Source: Promethearchaeota archaeon
GTDB taxonomy: Archaea > Asgardarchaeota > Lokiarchaeia > Sigyniarchaeales > SOKP01
Direction of reading: 5' to 3'
Assembly (NCBI GenBank): GCA_016839705.1
Contig: JAEOTR010000060.1
Coordinates: 64,001 to 128,000 of the forward strand
Length of the DNA stretch: 64,000 nucleotides
Under the pieces are notes generated by a model. The model was not told the DNA's origin. It did no database searches and saw only the letters and a list, made by a program, of their open reading frames with translations. Position numbers and translations under genes: made by a program. Below, piece after piece: positions 39,744-49,720 of the stretch. Within the stretch, counting starts at the first letter, position 1; every line of letters starts with the position of its first letter.

Positions 39744-41546
39744 ATGGGTAAGAAAGGAAAAACTTCACAAAGGAGTATAAATATATCTAAAGGGATAATC
39801 TTTACATTTTTCATAATTTATCTCTTAGTGTTCGGCGTTATTATAAGTGGATTTTCCAGCGCCTTACAATTAGCAAACCCAGAGACTTTTCCTATTTTCA
39901 TTACCTATATCCCACTATTATGTTATATTGGTGCCCTATTTTGTGGGATTGGATTTCTTATATTTATCAGAAATGCTACTGCTCAGAAATCGCGTGAAAC
40001 TCAATCTCGTAAAAAAATAAAATCTGGTTCATTGTATAAACAAGCTCTATTTCTCATAATATTTATTTTTGCTTTTGTTCCAATACTTTCACCAGCAATC
40101 GATAAAGGGATAAATTCACAACATTTTTCAGTTTATAATTCCAATTGGAATGGGGCTTCTAAGTTAAAAGATATAATTCAACAGCCGGTGGCAGCTGGTG
40201 GCTTAGGATATGATGTAATGACTGTACAGTCAAGTTTGAGTGCTACTGAAAGGTTAATAAATACCACAATTAATGGTAATAAAAAAGAATCTATATTATT
40301 AATTTTGTTAGGCCCTAACCAATTTTATGATCCTATCTTTGAAATTCCATATTTTATATCATTTTTCAATGGTTCTAATTCCCTCCTTATATGTCATGAT
40401 CATGGCTCTACTAGCACCCTCTTATGGGAAATTATGATTGCTAGTGTATTTGATCCCACCATTCAAGTTCCAGTTACGATATTTCCTAACGGAATATTGC
40501 GCGATAATGAATCTTTTGATACAAATCCCGAATTTCCTGTAATCACGCAATTTGAGGCTCACGAAACAACTGTAGGCATTAACAATGTTATTCTTTCTCG
40601 ATCTTCTTGTGCTGTAGGTGGACCTTTCATTAAAGGATTTGGATGGACATCAATAGGAACAAGTTCAGACAAATATTCCTTTATCGATAAAAATGGAGAT
40701 GGACAGTATATTTCTGCTGATGATGATCTTGATCTAGGATTTATGAGTTTTTTTGCCAGTAGCTTACCTTTTGAATTACCTACTACATTTCCCCTTGAAG
40801 GGTATGCTCAACATGTTTTTTTAGCAAATGATATGGGAAGGCAGCGATTATTTGTATCTGCTGATGCGAGTTTATTTAATAATGATTTAATTGACGATTC
40901 AGAATATGATAACACTCAGTTTGCAATAAACATTATAGAATGGCTTACTTATGAAAATGATCCTAGTGATACAAGAACTAAAGAAGATTGGGTAATTGTC
41001 TTTGATGAAGCACATATCAGACCAGAACTATCGAGAGATCTTACCTCCGCGGGAATTTTTGGATTCATTATGCAATATATTGTTCATCTTTCTACAAATC
41101 CCATAACAGCATGGATTTATCCACTTCTTGCTCTTTATACATTGAGAAAGTATCTTCCTAAAAAAGATAAAAAGGAAGAAGAGAGAAAAAAAGCTGAAGA
41201 AGAAGAAAAAAAAGAAGAAAGGGCTCGATACAGAACTTCATCGTTTTTTGCCCAAAAAATTGAAGAATTTCGGGATAAAAATAAATATGGGGATGCTTTA
41301 AAATTACTCTATAGAAGATTAGAAAGAAAGTTACATGCCCAATTACGAGAAGAAAAGATTACTACTCAAAATATAGTAAATTTGGTTGTTGCTAAAGATC
41401 CTTCTACAACAAAATTTAAAATTAAAAGGTTGTCTAAATTTATGGATAGAATTATAGCTCTAAAAGAGGGAAAATATAAGGTTAGAACCGAAGAAGATTT
41501 CGAAGATCTATTTTTCGAAATGGGTTGGGCAGTTGAAAATATTTAA
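39744..41546 (+). CDS. DUF4350-like membrane protein
   Basis: N-terminal TMs; FSVYNSNWNGASKL; ADASLFNNDLI...NTQFAINII; VFDEAH. Confidence 0.7.
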   Translation: MGKKGKTSQRSINISKGIIFTFFIIYLLVFGVIISGFSSALQLANPETFPIFITYIPLLCYIGALFCGIGFLIFIRNATAQKSRETQSRKKIKSGSLYKQALFLIIFIFAFVPILSPAIDKGINSQHFSVYNSNWNGASKLKDIIQQPVAAGGLGYDVMTVQSSLSATERLINTTINGNKKESILLILLGPNQFYDPIFEIPYFISFFNGSNSLLICHDHGSTSTLLWEIMIASVFDPTIQVPVTIFPNGILRDNESFDTNPEFPVITQFEAHETTVGINNVILSRSSCAVGGPFIKGFGWTSIGTSSDKYSFIDKNGDGQYISADDDLDLGFMSFFASSLPFELPTTFPLEGYAQHVFLANDMGRQRLFVSADASLFNNDLIDDSEYDNTQFAINIIEWLTYENDPSDTRTKEDWVIVFDEAHIRPELSRDLTSAGIFGFIMQYIVHLSTNPITAWIYPLLALYTLRKYLPKKDKKEEERKKAEEEEKKEERARYRTSSFFAQKIEEFRDKNKYGDALKLLYRRLERKLHAQLREEKITTQNIVNLVVAKDPSTTKFKIKRLSKFMDRIIALKEGKYKVRTEEDFEDLFFEMGWAVENI

Positions 41547-41615
41547 TCATGTTAATAAATTTAAAAAAAAATCAAGAAATATAAAATAATAAAAAAATAG
41601 AAAGGTGAAAAGAAA

Positions 41616-42596
41616 ATAGAAACTTCAGATAAAGCAAAATATTATGAAAAAGAAGCTATTGACGTTGCTCCAATTCGTGAAATAGCTCAAGAAGTTCTTA
41701 GCGAAGTAAGCAGGGTAATAGTCGGATACGGTGATATACTCCAACAACTCTTTGTCGCACTCCTTGTCAACGGACATGTCCTCCTTGAAGGAGTCCCAGG
41801 ACTAGGAAAAACAGTAATGGCAAAAACATTCTCTAATACACTAGGGATTTCGTTTAAACGCGTTCAATTTACACCAGATTTACTCCCAGCAGATATAACT
41901 GGCACAAAGATTTTCGATCAAAATGAAGGGGCTTTTGTTTTAATGAAAGGACCGATTTTTGCTAATGTAGTTCTTGCTGATGAGATAAACAGAAGTGCTC
42001 CTAAAACTCAAGCAGCCTTGCTAGAAGCTATGGCTGAAAGACAGGTAACCATAGAAGGCCAAACTTTAAGTCTTGAAAAACCATTTATCGTGATAGCTAC
42101 TGAAAACCCAGTTGAAATGGAAGGAACATACCCATTACCTGAAGCCCAGGTTGACCGGTTCCTATTTAAACTCTGGCTTGATTACCCTGAAGATTCGGAG
42201 GAAGTGGAAATTATGAGGAGACAATTATCCGGTGACATACCGTCAGTTGAGGCTATAACTTCAGGTGAAGAAATTCTAGCAGCTCAAAAAATAATGAATT
42301 TGGTGTATATCGATGACAGAATTCTTAAATATATCAGAGATTTAATAATTAAGACACGAAATCATCCCCAAATAGCATTGGGTTGCGGACCAAGAGCAAG
42401 CCTTACTTTAATGAAATGTTCTAAAGCCCGTGCAGCAATACTAGGAAGAGCTTATGTAACTCCTGATGATGTGAGGGCCTTGATTATTCCAGCATTGAAT
42501 CATAGATTATTATTGAAACCTGAAGCGGAACTTGAAGGACTTGACGCTAAATCAGTGTTAAATTCAATCATAGAAGAAATTCCAGTTCCTATTTAA
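41616..42596 (+). CDS. moxR: MoxR-family AAA+ ATPase (MoxR proper), probable ATA start
   Basis: GHVLLEGVPGLGKT lies upstream of the first ATG (41817); RVQFTPDLLPADITG, LADEINR, ATENPVEMEGTYPLPEAQVDRF; ATA at 41616 follows AGGTGA by 7 nt. Confidence 0.93.
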   Translation: METSDKAKYYEKEAIDVAPIREIAQEVLSEVSRVIVGYGDILQQLFVALLVNGHVLLEGVPGLGKTVMAKTFSNTLGISFKRVQFTPDLLPADITGTKIFDQNEGAFVLMKGPIFANVVLADEINRSAPKTQAALLEAMAERQVTIEGQTLSLEKPFIVIATENPVEMEGTYPLPEAQVDRFLFKLWLDYPEDSEEVEIMRRQLSGDIPSVEAITSGEEILAAQKIMNLVYIDDRILKYIRDLIIKTRNHPQIALGCGPRASLTLMKCSKARAAILGRAYVTPDDVRALIIPALNHRLLLKPEAELEGLDAKSVLNSIIEEIPVPI

Positions 42597-42678
42597 AAAA
42601 CATCAATTTTTTTAATATTGATGAAGTACCAAACCATTAGAGATAGTATTAAGGTAAAATATAGAGTGGTGTTGTAGC

Positions 42679-44007
42679 ATATTAGGAGGAAAGGGTAGAA
42701 GTTTAATTTTGTTTGCTGTTTTCTTTCTTACAGCGGGATTTGCATTTGAAAATTATTTTCTTTTGTATTTTGCAATTCTATTGCTATTTAGTACCATTAT
42801 AAGTTTACCTGTTTTCCACTATAAAATGAATGTAGAGGAATTGCGGGTATATAGAGAATTAGAAAAAGAGAAAGTATTTAAAGATGATTTTGTTCATATT
42901 AAGGTAATTATTGAAAATATGGGCAAAAATAGTTTTGACTTTCTTGAAATACGAGATAACTATAATCCTCAGCTTTTCAGGCTAATTTTAGGGGAAAATT
43001 ATATTTCGACGCGTATTGGACCAAAAGATATAGTAAAATTTTCCTACGTTTTAGAACCAAAAGTCAGAGGTGAATACGCTCTTGGACCTCTATCAATAAT
43101 CATTAAAGATAGATTAGGTTTTAATTCTATAGAAAGAATAGTACCAGATAGTGTTACAGATATCCTGGTATATCCCCCCTATGAAGATATCAAAAGAATT
43201 GAGATCTTAGGATCAAAACGATCTCTTCAATTAAACTATGGATTACAAAGATCAAAACAAAAGGGTTTAGGATCAGAATTTTACGGAATGCGAAAATACG
43301 TCTTTGGTGATCAATTTAGATTAATCGACTGGAAAGCAAGTGCCCGAACCCAGTCATTAATTGTGAAAGAATTTGAAGATGAAAGAGACGTTACTGTTAT
43401 GATATTGGTAGATTCTTCGGAAACAATGGCAGGTGGTGCTATCGAAAACACCAAATTTGAATATGCTATAAGAGCTTGTATGCTTTTAACAAAAGTGGCC
43501 TTGACAAGGAGAGATAATGTGGGAGTATTTACTTATTCTGATAAGAAAAATTTTAGATTCTTGAAACCTAACGGAGGAGAAGATCACTTTTATCAAGTCT
43601 TAGATTTTGTAGCACGAGTTAAACCAGAAGGAAAATGTAGAATTACTGAAGCAATGGATTTTTTCGCCCGTAGGTTTCAAAAACGCAGCTTAATTTTTAT
43701 TATATCTGATTTGGAAGCCAATCCTAAAGAAATTAGTAATGCCATAAAAAAATTGGTGCCATTCAATCATACCATAATAATTATCAATCCTTTTAGCCCA
43801 TGGTTCGAAATTCATGAGATTAACTTATCTTCAACTGATAAAGCATTAGCAGAAGCGATAAGTGAAGCAATGATGGAGCATATTTTAACAATAAAACAAG
43901 GAGTTCGTAATCTTGGAATAAACCTTATTACTTGTGGTCCTGATGATATAATGAACCAAGTCTTAAGTAATTATATGGAAGCAAAGAAGAAAGGGAGGGC
44001 TTATTAG
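42679..44007 (+). CDS. DUF58 / VWA-like protein
   Basis: GSEFYGMRKYVFGDQFRLIDWKASAR, VKEFEDE and ISD; possible ATA start at 42679 (ILGGKGRSLI), track start TTG 42709. Confidence 0.88.
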   Translation: MLGGKGRSLILFAVFFLTAGFAFENYFLLYFAILLLFSTIISLPVFHYKMNVEELRVYRELEKEKVFKDDFVHIKVIIENMGKNSFDFLEIRDNYNPQLFRLILGENYISTRIGPKDIVKFSYVLEPKVRGEYALGPLSIIIKDRLGFNSIERIVPDSVTDILVYPPYEDIKRIEILGSKRSLQLNYGLQRSKQKGLGSEFYGMRKYVFGDQFRLIDWKASARTQSLIVKEFEDERDVTVMILVDSSETMAGGAIENTKFEYAIRACMLLTKVALTRRDNVGVFTYSDKKNFRFLKPNGGEDHFYQVLDFVARVKPEGKCRITEAMDFFARRFQKRSLIFIISDLEANPKEISNAIKKLVPFNHTIIIINPFSPWFEIHEINLSSTDKALAEAISEAMMEHILTIKQGVRNLGINLITCGPDDIMNQVLSNYMEAKKKGRAY

Positions 44008-44010
44008 AAA

Positions 44011-45486
44011 ATGGTACGTAGTTATTTATTAACCTTAAAAATCATCAATATAGTCGTTTATGTCTGGCTATTATTAATTTTTCTTTTATCAATTTTTAAT
44101 TTTGATGCGGTAGTTACCACTGCAGACAATGAATTCGTTATCTTTGCTTTCTTTGGTGCAATAAGGAATGTTTTTTCATATCTAATTTACTTTGGTGGTT
44201 TAGGTATTGGATATGTATGTGCTTTTATCAACCCAGCTTTATCTAGGTTTGTATTAACATTCTTTAAAAAATTTTTACTATCGTGGTTTCCCTTTAATGA
44301 GGATCATGTTAATCAGTTTTTAGGCACTAATCCCATTAACGATTTACATGAATTAGATTTCAATCATTTTCTCCCATTATTAATGGGGGAGGGTGAAATA
44401 CTCTTTAATGATTTATACCTTTTTGCATTTCAAATTCTGTTCCTTATTTCAGTTATCTATGCTATTAGAGCTTTCTTCAAAAGCGATCCAAAAAATCATC
44501 TTGTTGCACTTGGATCAATAATGATGATGATTGTCCTACCTTTGATAATTTTTGGTCTAAGAGATATGCTAAACTTATTTACTATTCAATTCGATTATTT
44601 GAATAACATGGCCGATCCCTTAAGTCCGAGTCTATTTGAAATTCCCTTAGACAACTTACTCCAATTCATATTTAGTCCCGTCATTGGATTTGCTATTATT
44701 TCTTACATTTATTTAGAGCTAGCTTTTCAAATTAATTACACAGATACAGTAACAAAACCATCATTAGAAAGAACAGATAGATTAGAAGCTCAATTGAACG
44801 TTTTGGCTAGAGAATCTTATTTTATCACTGCCAATGTGGATAAAATCAAAGCAGAAGCTAAAAAAAGAATTGAAGAAATTGAATTAGAGCAAAAAGAAGG
44901 GTTGATAGTAGGTAAATTTTTCGCAAAAACAGGGAGACGATTCTCATACGTAAAAGAAATGATTGAAAAAAGAAAACTAGAAGAAGAGGAGAAAAAATTA
45001 GTAACTGCAGCATCAAAGACCAGAAGACTTGGGAGATATATAGATCGCCTCTTTCAGGAGGATAGGGAATCAAGAGACACATTAACTGCGAGTTCTTCTG
45101 CCCCTCGAGCGACTAATTTAGCAGTATCAACAGTAGTAAATTTTGTTTATCGGGTAGGTCTACTCTTAATTATTAGTTTCATAATCATCCATCCTCTTTG
45201 GTTTTTAGACACCATTATTCAATTACCTGATGCGATAACAGAAAGTGTAGCAATGTTTTCCCCGGAAGTTATAATTATTTTACTTCTTCCAATCACGCTA
45301 ACTTTTCCCGTGATTTCTCAATTAATATCATTCGTTAAACACAGAAATCTAATAGTGAAATTACAACAAGAAGGCCGAATTAAGGAACTTTTAGCATCCG
45401 TTGGGGATTATGTAAAAAGGGGAGATGTTAAAGCAGAAGAAACAGGACAAGAAGGAACAGAAGTTGTAGCAAGCGAAACTACCTAA
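44011..45486 (+). CDS. Polytopic membrane protein, last gene of the MoxR/DUF58 operon
   Basis: Multiple hydrophobic segments around a cytoplasmic coiled-coil; 3 nt after the DUF58 stop. Confidence 0.7.
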   Translation: MVRSYLLTLKIINIVVYVWLLLIFLLSIFNFDAVVTTADNEFVIFAFFGAIRNVFSYLIYFGGLGIGYVCAFINPALSRFVLTFFKKFLLSWFPFNEDHVNQFLGTNPINDLHELDFNHFLPLLMGEGEILFNDLYLFAFQILFLISVIYAIRAFFKSDPKNHLVALGSIMMMIVLPLIIFGLRDMLNLFTIQFDYLNNMADPLSPSLFEIPLDNLLQFIFSPVIGFAIISYIYLELAFQINYTDTVTKPSLERTDRLEAQLNVLARESYFITANVDKIKAEAKKRIEEIELEQKEGLIVGKFFAKTGRRFSYVKEMIEKRKLEEEEKKLVTAASKTRRLGRYIDRLFQEDRESRDTLTASSSAPRATNLAVSTVVNFVYRVGLLLIISFIIIHPLWFLDTIIQLPDAITESVAMFSPEVIIILLLPITLTFPVISQLISFVKHRNLIVKLQQEGRIKELLASVGDYVKRGDVKAEETGQEGTEVVASETT

Positions 45487-45499
45487 TGTTATATTTTTT

Positions 45500-46435
45500 T
45501 TATTCGTTTAAAGTCATCAAGAAATGTGCCAGAGCTTGTTTTTTATTAATATTCGTCATCAAAGTGTCATAACAATAGGTACTAATGCCTAATTTTTCAA
45601 TTTCAGGTTTCAAATTGCAATCCTTATTATCAATAATAAAATGACCTAAGAAATCTTTGTAATAATTCGCAACTCCTACGCTTGAAACTTCTAAACCAAT
45701 GCATTTCATTAATTTATCGGCCGGTCCTTTTACTGTAGCACCTTCGATAATTGGGCTTATTCCGTAAATTTTATTTTTGACTTTTATAAGAGATTCTCTG
45801 ATGTTTTTCACTTGGATTATTGTTCCTATTGACACTATAGGGTTGGATGGACAAATAATTATTCTCTTTGCTTTATCTATGTATTCTAATGTCTCCTTTA
45901 TTGGTAGTGCTTCATTTATTCCTCTAAATTCCACATCCAGAACTTCTGGGTCACAGTGATACTTTATGAAATATTTTTCGAAATGCATTACTTCAGTTGG
46001 AGTTTTTATATATGTTTCAACTTGTTCGTTACACATAGGAATAAGATGAGCTTTTACTCCTAAGTTTCTACATATCATATCTGTTATTTGAGCTTTAGTA
46101 TATCCCTGGTTAAATAAGTCAGTACGATAAATATGAGTAGCTAAATCTTTATCACCTAAATTGAACCATCCTGTATCATAAAATTTTTTTAAAACTTTTA
46201 AACAGTTGAACGTGTCATCTATAAAACCCCATCCTTTTTCCTTATCTACCAAATCTGCTAGAGTATAAGTTATAATATCCAGATCGGGGCAGATTTTAAG
46301 ACCAAATAATTCAATATCATCACCAGTATTAACTACTATTTTAAGTAATTCTGGGTCTATAAGCTTAGCTAATCCTTCGATTAATTTAGCTGCCCCTACC
46401 CCTCCTGCTAATATTAAATAGTAATTTTCACTCAT
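45500..46435 (-). CDS. cofD: 2-phospho-L-lactate/PEP transferase (F420 biosynthesis)
   Basis: LAGGVGAAK, VNTGDD, CPDLD, WFNLGDKDLATHIYRT, PSNPIVSIG and KGPADK. Confidence 0.95.
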   Translation of the reverse strand: MSENYYLILAGGVGAAKLIEGLAKLIDPELLKIVVNTGDDIELFGLKICPDLDIITYTLADLVDKEKGWGFIDDTFNCLKVLKKFYDTGWFNLGDKDLATHIYRTDLFNQGYTKAQITDMICRNLGVKAHLIPMCNEQVETYIKTPTEVMHFEKYFIKYHCDPEVLDVEFRGINEALPIKETLEYIDKAKRIIICPSNPIVSIGTIIQVKNIRESLIKVKNKIYGISPIIEGATVKGPADKLMKCIGLEVSSVGVANYYKDFLGHFIIDNKDCNLKPEIEKLGISTYCYDTLMTNINKKQALAHFLMTLNE

Positions 46436-46449
46436 ATTTTTTAACTCAT

Positions 46450-47862
46450 TTAAACTTTAGGCTCATAAATTACATCCTGGAGTTTTTTACGAGATGGAAC
46501 TGGCATAGTTTTTAATGGATATCCTACTGTAAAAAATGCCATAGGCACATAGGATTTAGGGAGATTTAGAGTTTCTTTTATTATCTCCTTAGTAAATATT
46601 GGAGCACAATACCAGCATGAAGCTAAATTCTTGACTTCTAAAGCAAGGAGAAAATAAGTCGCTGAACTACTTATGCTCTGAATCCCTAAAATATACTCAT
46701 TCTCTCTTCGCTCATCATCAGGATAATCCTCGAGTTCAATCTTATCTAAACATAATAAAATCAAAACTGGTGCTTTAATAAAATTCAATTTAGCTTTTTT
46801 TATTTTATTTTTGATGTATTCTTCGGTTTTCCCATCATTTTTTAAATCATTTCTTAGTTTTTGGTTCATCTTATCTATCACTCTTTCGCGTAGCTGTTGA
46901 TTATCTAATATAATATACCTCCAGAATTGTCCATTATGAGCACTTGGAGCCCATCTTGCAACTTCAATACAATCTTCAACTACTTTTCGATTAACTATCT
47001 TATCATCAAAAGCAAATTTGTAACTTCTTCGACTCTTCAGAACTTTGGTTAACTTTGAACCTTCCGGCCCTCGAAATAAATCGATACTCTTGTTTCTTAT
47101 GATAGAGTTGATACTGCTTTTTTCATCATATTCAAAATTATAACCTCTAATTAGAACCACAGGAATCCCCTCATCAGATTCCCCCATTACCAATTGGGCT
47201 GCAGAAGAAAGGCTATCTGCTTGACCAATAATTGTAGATTGCAATTTATATCCAAATAAATCTGTTTTTCCTCGCATATCTAAAATTGGATTTATTCCTG
47301 ATACTCCAATTGATACTCCTACAGCACCTACTCTAAATGATCTACCAAATGAATCTGATATTATCACTGCAATTTCTTTATGACTTTTCTTCTTCAATGA
47401 TTTTCTAATTTTTTCAGCTTGGTAATCTGGATCTTTTGGTAACAATGTAACAATTCTATTCCCTTCAATATTAGATTTATCTATTCCAGCATCTGCACAA
47501 ACAAATCCATGTTTCGTTTCAGTTATCAACACATGTTCTGTCTTAATAATTTCTTTGGCTTCATCTAATATTAACTGAATCAAATGAGGATCCTTTTTGG
47601 GCAACCCTTGTTGTTCTGCTTTTGGGGCTATAATATTGAAGATTTCGTGAGCTTTCTCGCTTGGTGTGATATCATCTAAATTTCTAACTTGTCCTATACT
47701 TTTAGATACCAATGATTGAGCGATCACGATTATATCCTTATCTTTTAAAGACAAACCATTATACTTTAAAGAGTTAAGTATAATTTCAGGAATATTGTCA
47801 CCCGTTTTAATTAATGGGATTCCTTTAAGTCCTATTATTTCAATTCCATACTTATCGTTCAT
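46450..47862 (-). CDS. cofE: Coenzyme F420-0:L-glutamate ligase fused to C-terminal nitroreductase domain (FbiB-like)
   Basis: TKHGFVCADAGIDKSN, ISDSFGR and LVMGESDEGIPVVLIRG; C-terminal SRRSYK...ARWAPSAHNGQFWR nitroreductase. Confidence 0.92.
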   Translation of the reverse strand: MNDKYGIEIIGLKGIPLIKTGDNIPEIILNSLKYNGLSLKDKDIIVIAQSLVSKSIGQVRNLDDITPSEKAHEIFNIIAPKAEQQGLPKKDPHLIQLILDEAKEIIKTEHVLITETKHGFVCADAGIDKSNIEGNRIVTLLPKDPDYQAEKIRKSLKKKSHKEIAVIISDSFGRSFRVGAVGVSIGVSGINPILDMRGKTDLFGYKLQSTIIGQADSLSSAAQLVMGESDEGIPVVLIRGYNFEYDEKSSINSIIRNKSIDLFRGPEGSKLTKVLKSRRSYKFAFDDKIVNRKVVEDCIEVARWAPSAHNGQFWRYIILDNQQLRERVIDKMNQKLRNDLKNDGKTEEYIKNKIKKAKLNFIKAPVLILLCLDKIELEDYPDDERRENEYILGIQSISSSATYFLLALEVKNLASCWYCAPIFTKEIIKETLNLPKSYVPMAFFTVGYPLKTMPVPSRKKLQDVIYEPKV

Positions 47863-47875
47863 AATTAGTCAAATT

Positions 47876-48931
47876 TTAGAGGTTCAAATATCTCTTGATA
47901 TCAGATTTTTCACTTTTAGCGAATTTTTCATATTTTTCAGGAATGGCACAACAAGCAGAAAAATATTTGAAATTAATACCCGAATTCTGCTTCCTTAACC
48001 ATTTAATCGTACCTTTAGAAGGGATTTCAATTCTAGTTATCCCCGCTTTTAACGCATAAATCTCAACTTCTGACTTAATATTTCCACGAGGTCTCATACA
48101 ACCTAATGAAATTTCTGTGTTAGGAAATATGAACCTGATTAAAGCTATAGTTTTTGCTATAATTTCTGGATTTGGAGTTTCAAATTTCATGTTGGAATGT
48201 TTTGGAGGAATTAAGGCAATCACAACGATTAGTGAAGGGTTTAACAGAGTTTCTTTTATGAATTTTATTGATTCTATCTCTTTATGGAGCTTGCCATAAT
48301 TTAATCCCACACAAACATGGGGTACAACACTTAAGTTATATTTCTGTAATAATTCAATTGATCTTCTATACTCATCCAATTCTACATCCAAATGATAGAC
48401 ATTTCTTATAACTTCCTCATCCATGTTGACATCAAAAGAGACTATGTCTACATTAGCCTCACTAAGTTTTTTAGCTGTTTCTTCTTTTAGAAGGCCAGTA
48501 TGAGCGTTTATAATCAGATTGGTTTCTTTCTTCACTTTTTTAATAGTATCTAAGAAATTTAATAAAGGTACTGACCCATCCAAATCACTTCCTCCAGAAA
48601 TTAAAACACCTATTCCATTCTCCTTAGAGAGAGATAATAAAAATTGTTCTAAATCTTTTTCTTCTAATATCTGTTTCATACCTTTCAAATATTTCTTATT
48701 ACAATGTTCACAATTTAAAGCACATTCACTCCCAGTTATACTAATAGCAGGAAATTTCTTTGTAGGGTTATAAATCTTTATAATGTTTCCAAAATTCCTC
48801 TTGGTAATACTCTGAGCTAGATTAAGGAATGGTTCTAAGTACTTAGATTCTAAGTTTAAAAATTCTGAATAATCAATCCATGAAGCAACTCCAGATTTTA
48901 TTCTATTTAATAATTGCTGAGCATCAATCAT
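47876..48931 (-). CDS. lipS1: Archaeal lipoyl synthase component LipS1 (radical SAM)
   Basis: CALNCEHC radical SAM motif, GCMR motif and C-terminal CC; flanks a lipoate ligase gene. Confidence 0.8.
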   Translation of the reverse strand: MIDAQQLLNRIKSGVASWIDYSEFLNLESKYLEPFLNLAQSITKRNFGNIIKIYNPTKKFPAISITGSECALNCEHCNKKYLKGMKQILEEKDLEQFLLSLSKENGIGVLISGGSDLDGSVPLLNFLDTIKKVKKETNLIINAHTGLLKEETAKKLSEANVDIVSFDVNMDEEVIRNVYHLDVELDEYRRSIELLQKYNLSVVPHVCVGLNYGKLHKEIESIKFIKETLLNPSLIVVIALIPPKHSNMKFETPNPEIIAKTIALIRFIFPNTEISLGCMRPRGNIKSEVEIYALKAGITRIEIPSKGTIKWLRKQNSGINFKYFSACCAIPEKYEKFAKSEKSDIKRYLNL

Positions 48932-49703
48932 ACTTTTTTAACCACTTTATATTTGAATATTTATCTTTTACTAATTTCTCTGCTAAATTTATCTCATCGC
49001 GAGTAAAAGTTCCTTCTTCTAATTCTATTCCTAAAGACTTTTGAAAACCTCTCTCTAAAGAATCTATTAATTTTTTTTCATCATAATTTTCAATTTGATT
49101 TTTGATACCAATGCATTTAGCACGAACCGATTGAACCATCCGGGATTTCCCAACATTTTCCGGTGCTTTTAATACTGAATACATTAATTCTGGATCAATA
49201 TCTAACAAAATTGTTCCATGTTGCAGAATATAACTTTTCCTCCTTACCTGTGCATTTCCGGAAAACTTTTTTCCATCTAGTAAAATAGCGGGACAATGGA
49301 TGATATCTTTTTCAGGTTTCAATCCGTAAATCATTAAACCAAAAATTATTCCTTGAGTAATAATCTCAAACTGATCAATGACTTTTTTTGCACCTAAAGC
49401 CTCTAACTTTTTTATGGGACATACAATTGAATATGTTAATTCCCGTATCTCATCGTGAAAAACAGCACCTCCTCCAGTTATCCGTCTAACGATATTAAAA
49501 CCCTTTTCTTTCGCAAAGGTAAGATCTATCTCATCTTGCAAACTTTGATTTCTCCCAATGCTTGCAGTTGATGGTTTCCATTTGTAAAACCTTATAGTAT
49601 TAGGTACATATTTTTTGATCGCATTGCTAAAGATGGCCTCATCTAAAGCCATATTCCAGTAACCATTTCTAATTTCCAGTGGTAAAATTCGCCATGTATC
49701 CAT
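48924..49703 (-). CDS. Lipoate/octanoate-protein ligase catalytic domain (LplA/LipM-like)
   Basis: NMALDEA, VRRITGGGAVFHD, KKFSGNAQ and LQHGTIL. Confidence 0.93.
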   Translation of the reverse strand: MDTWRILPLEIRNGYWNMALDEAIFSNAIKKYVPNTIRFYKWKPSTASIGRNQSLQDEIDLTFAKEKGFNIVRRITGGGAVFHDEIRELTYSIVCPIKKLEALGAKKVIDQFEIITQGIIFGLMIYGLKPEKDIIHCPAILLDGKKFSGNAQVRRKSYILQHGTILLDIDPELMYSVLKAPENVGKSRMVQSVRAKCIGIKNQIENYDEKKLIDSLERGFQKSLGIELEEGTFTRDEINLAEKLVKDKYSNIKWLKKYD

Positions 49704-49720
49704 ATTTACTCAATGTATTC

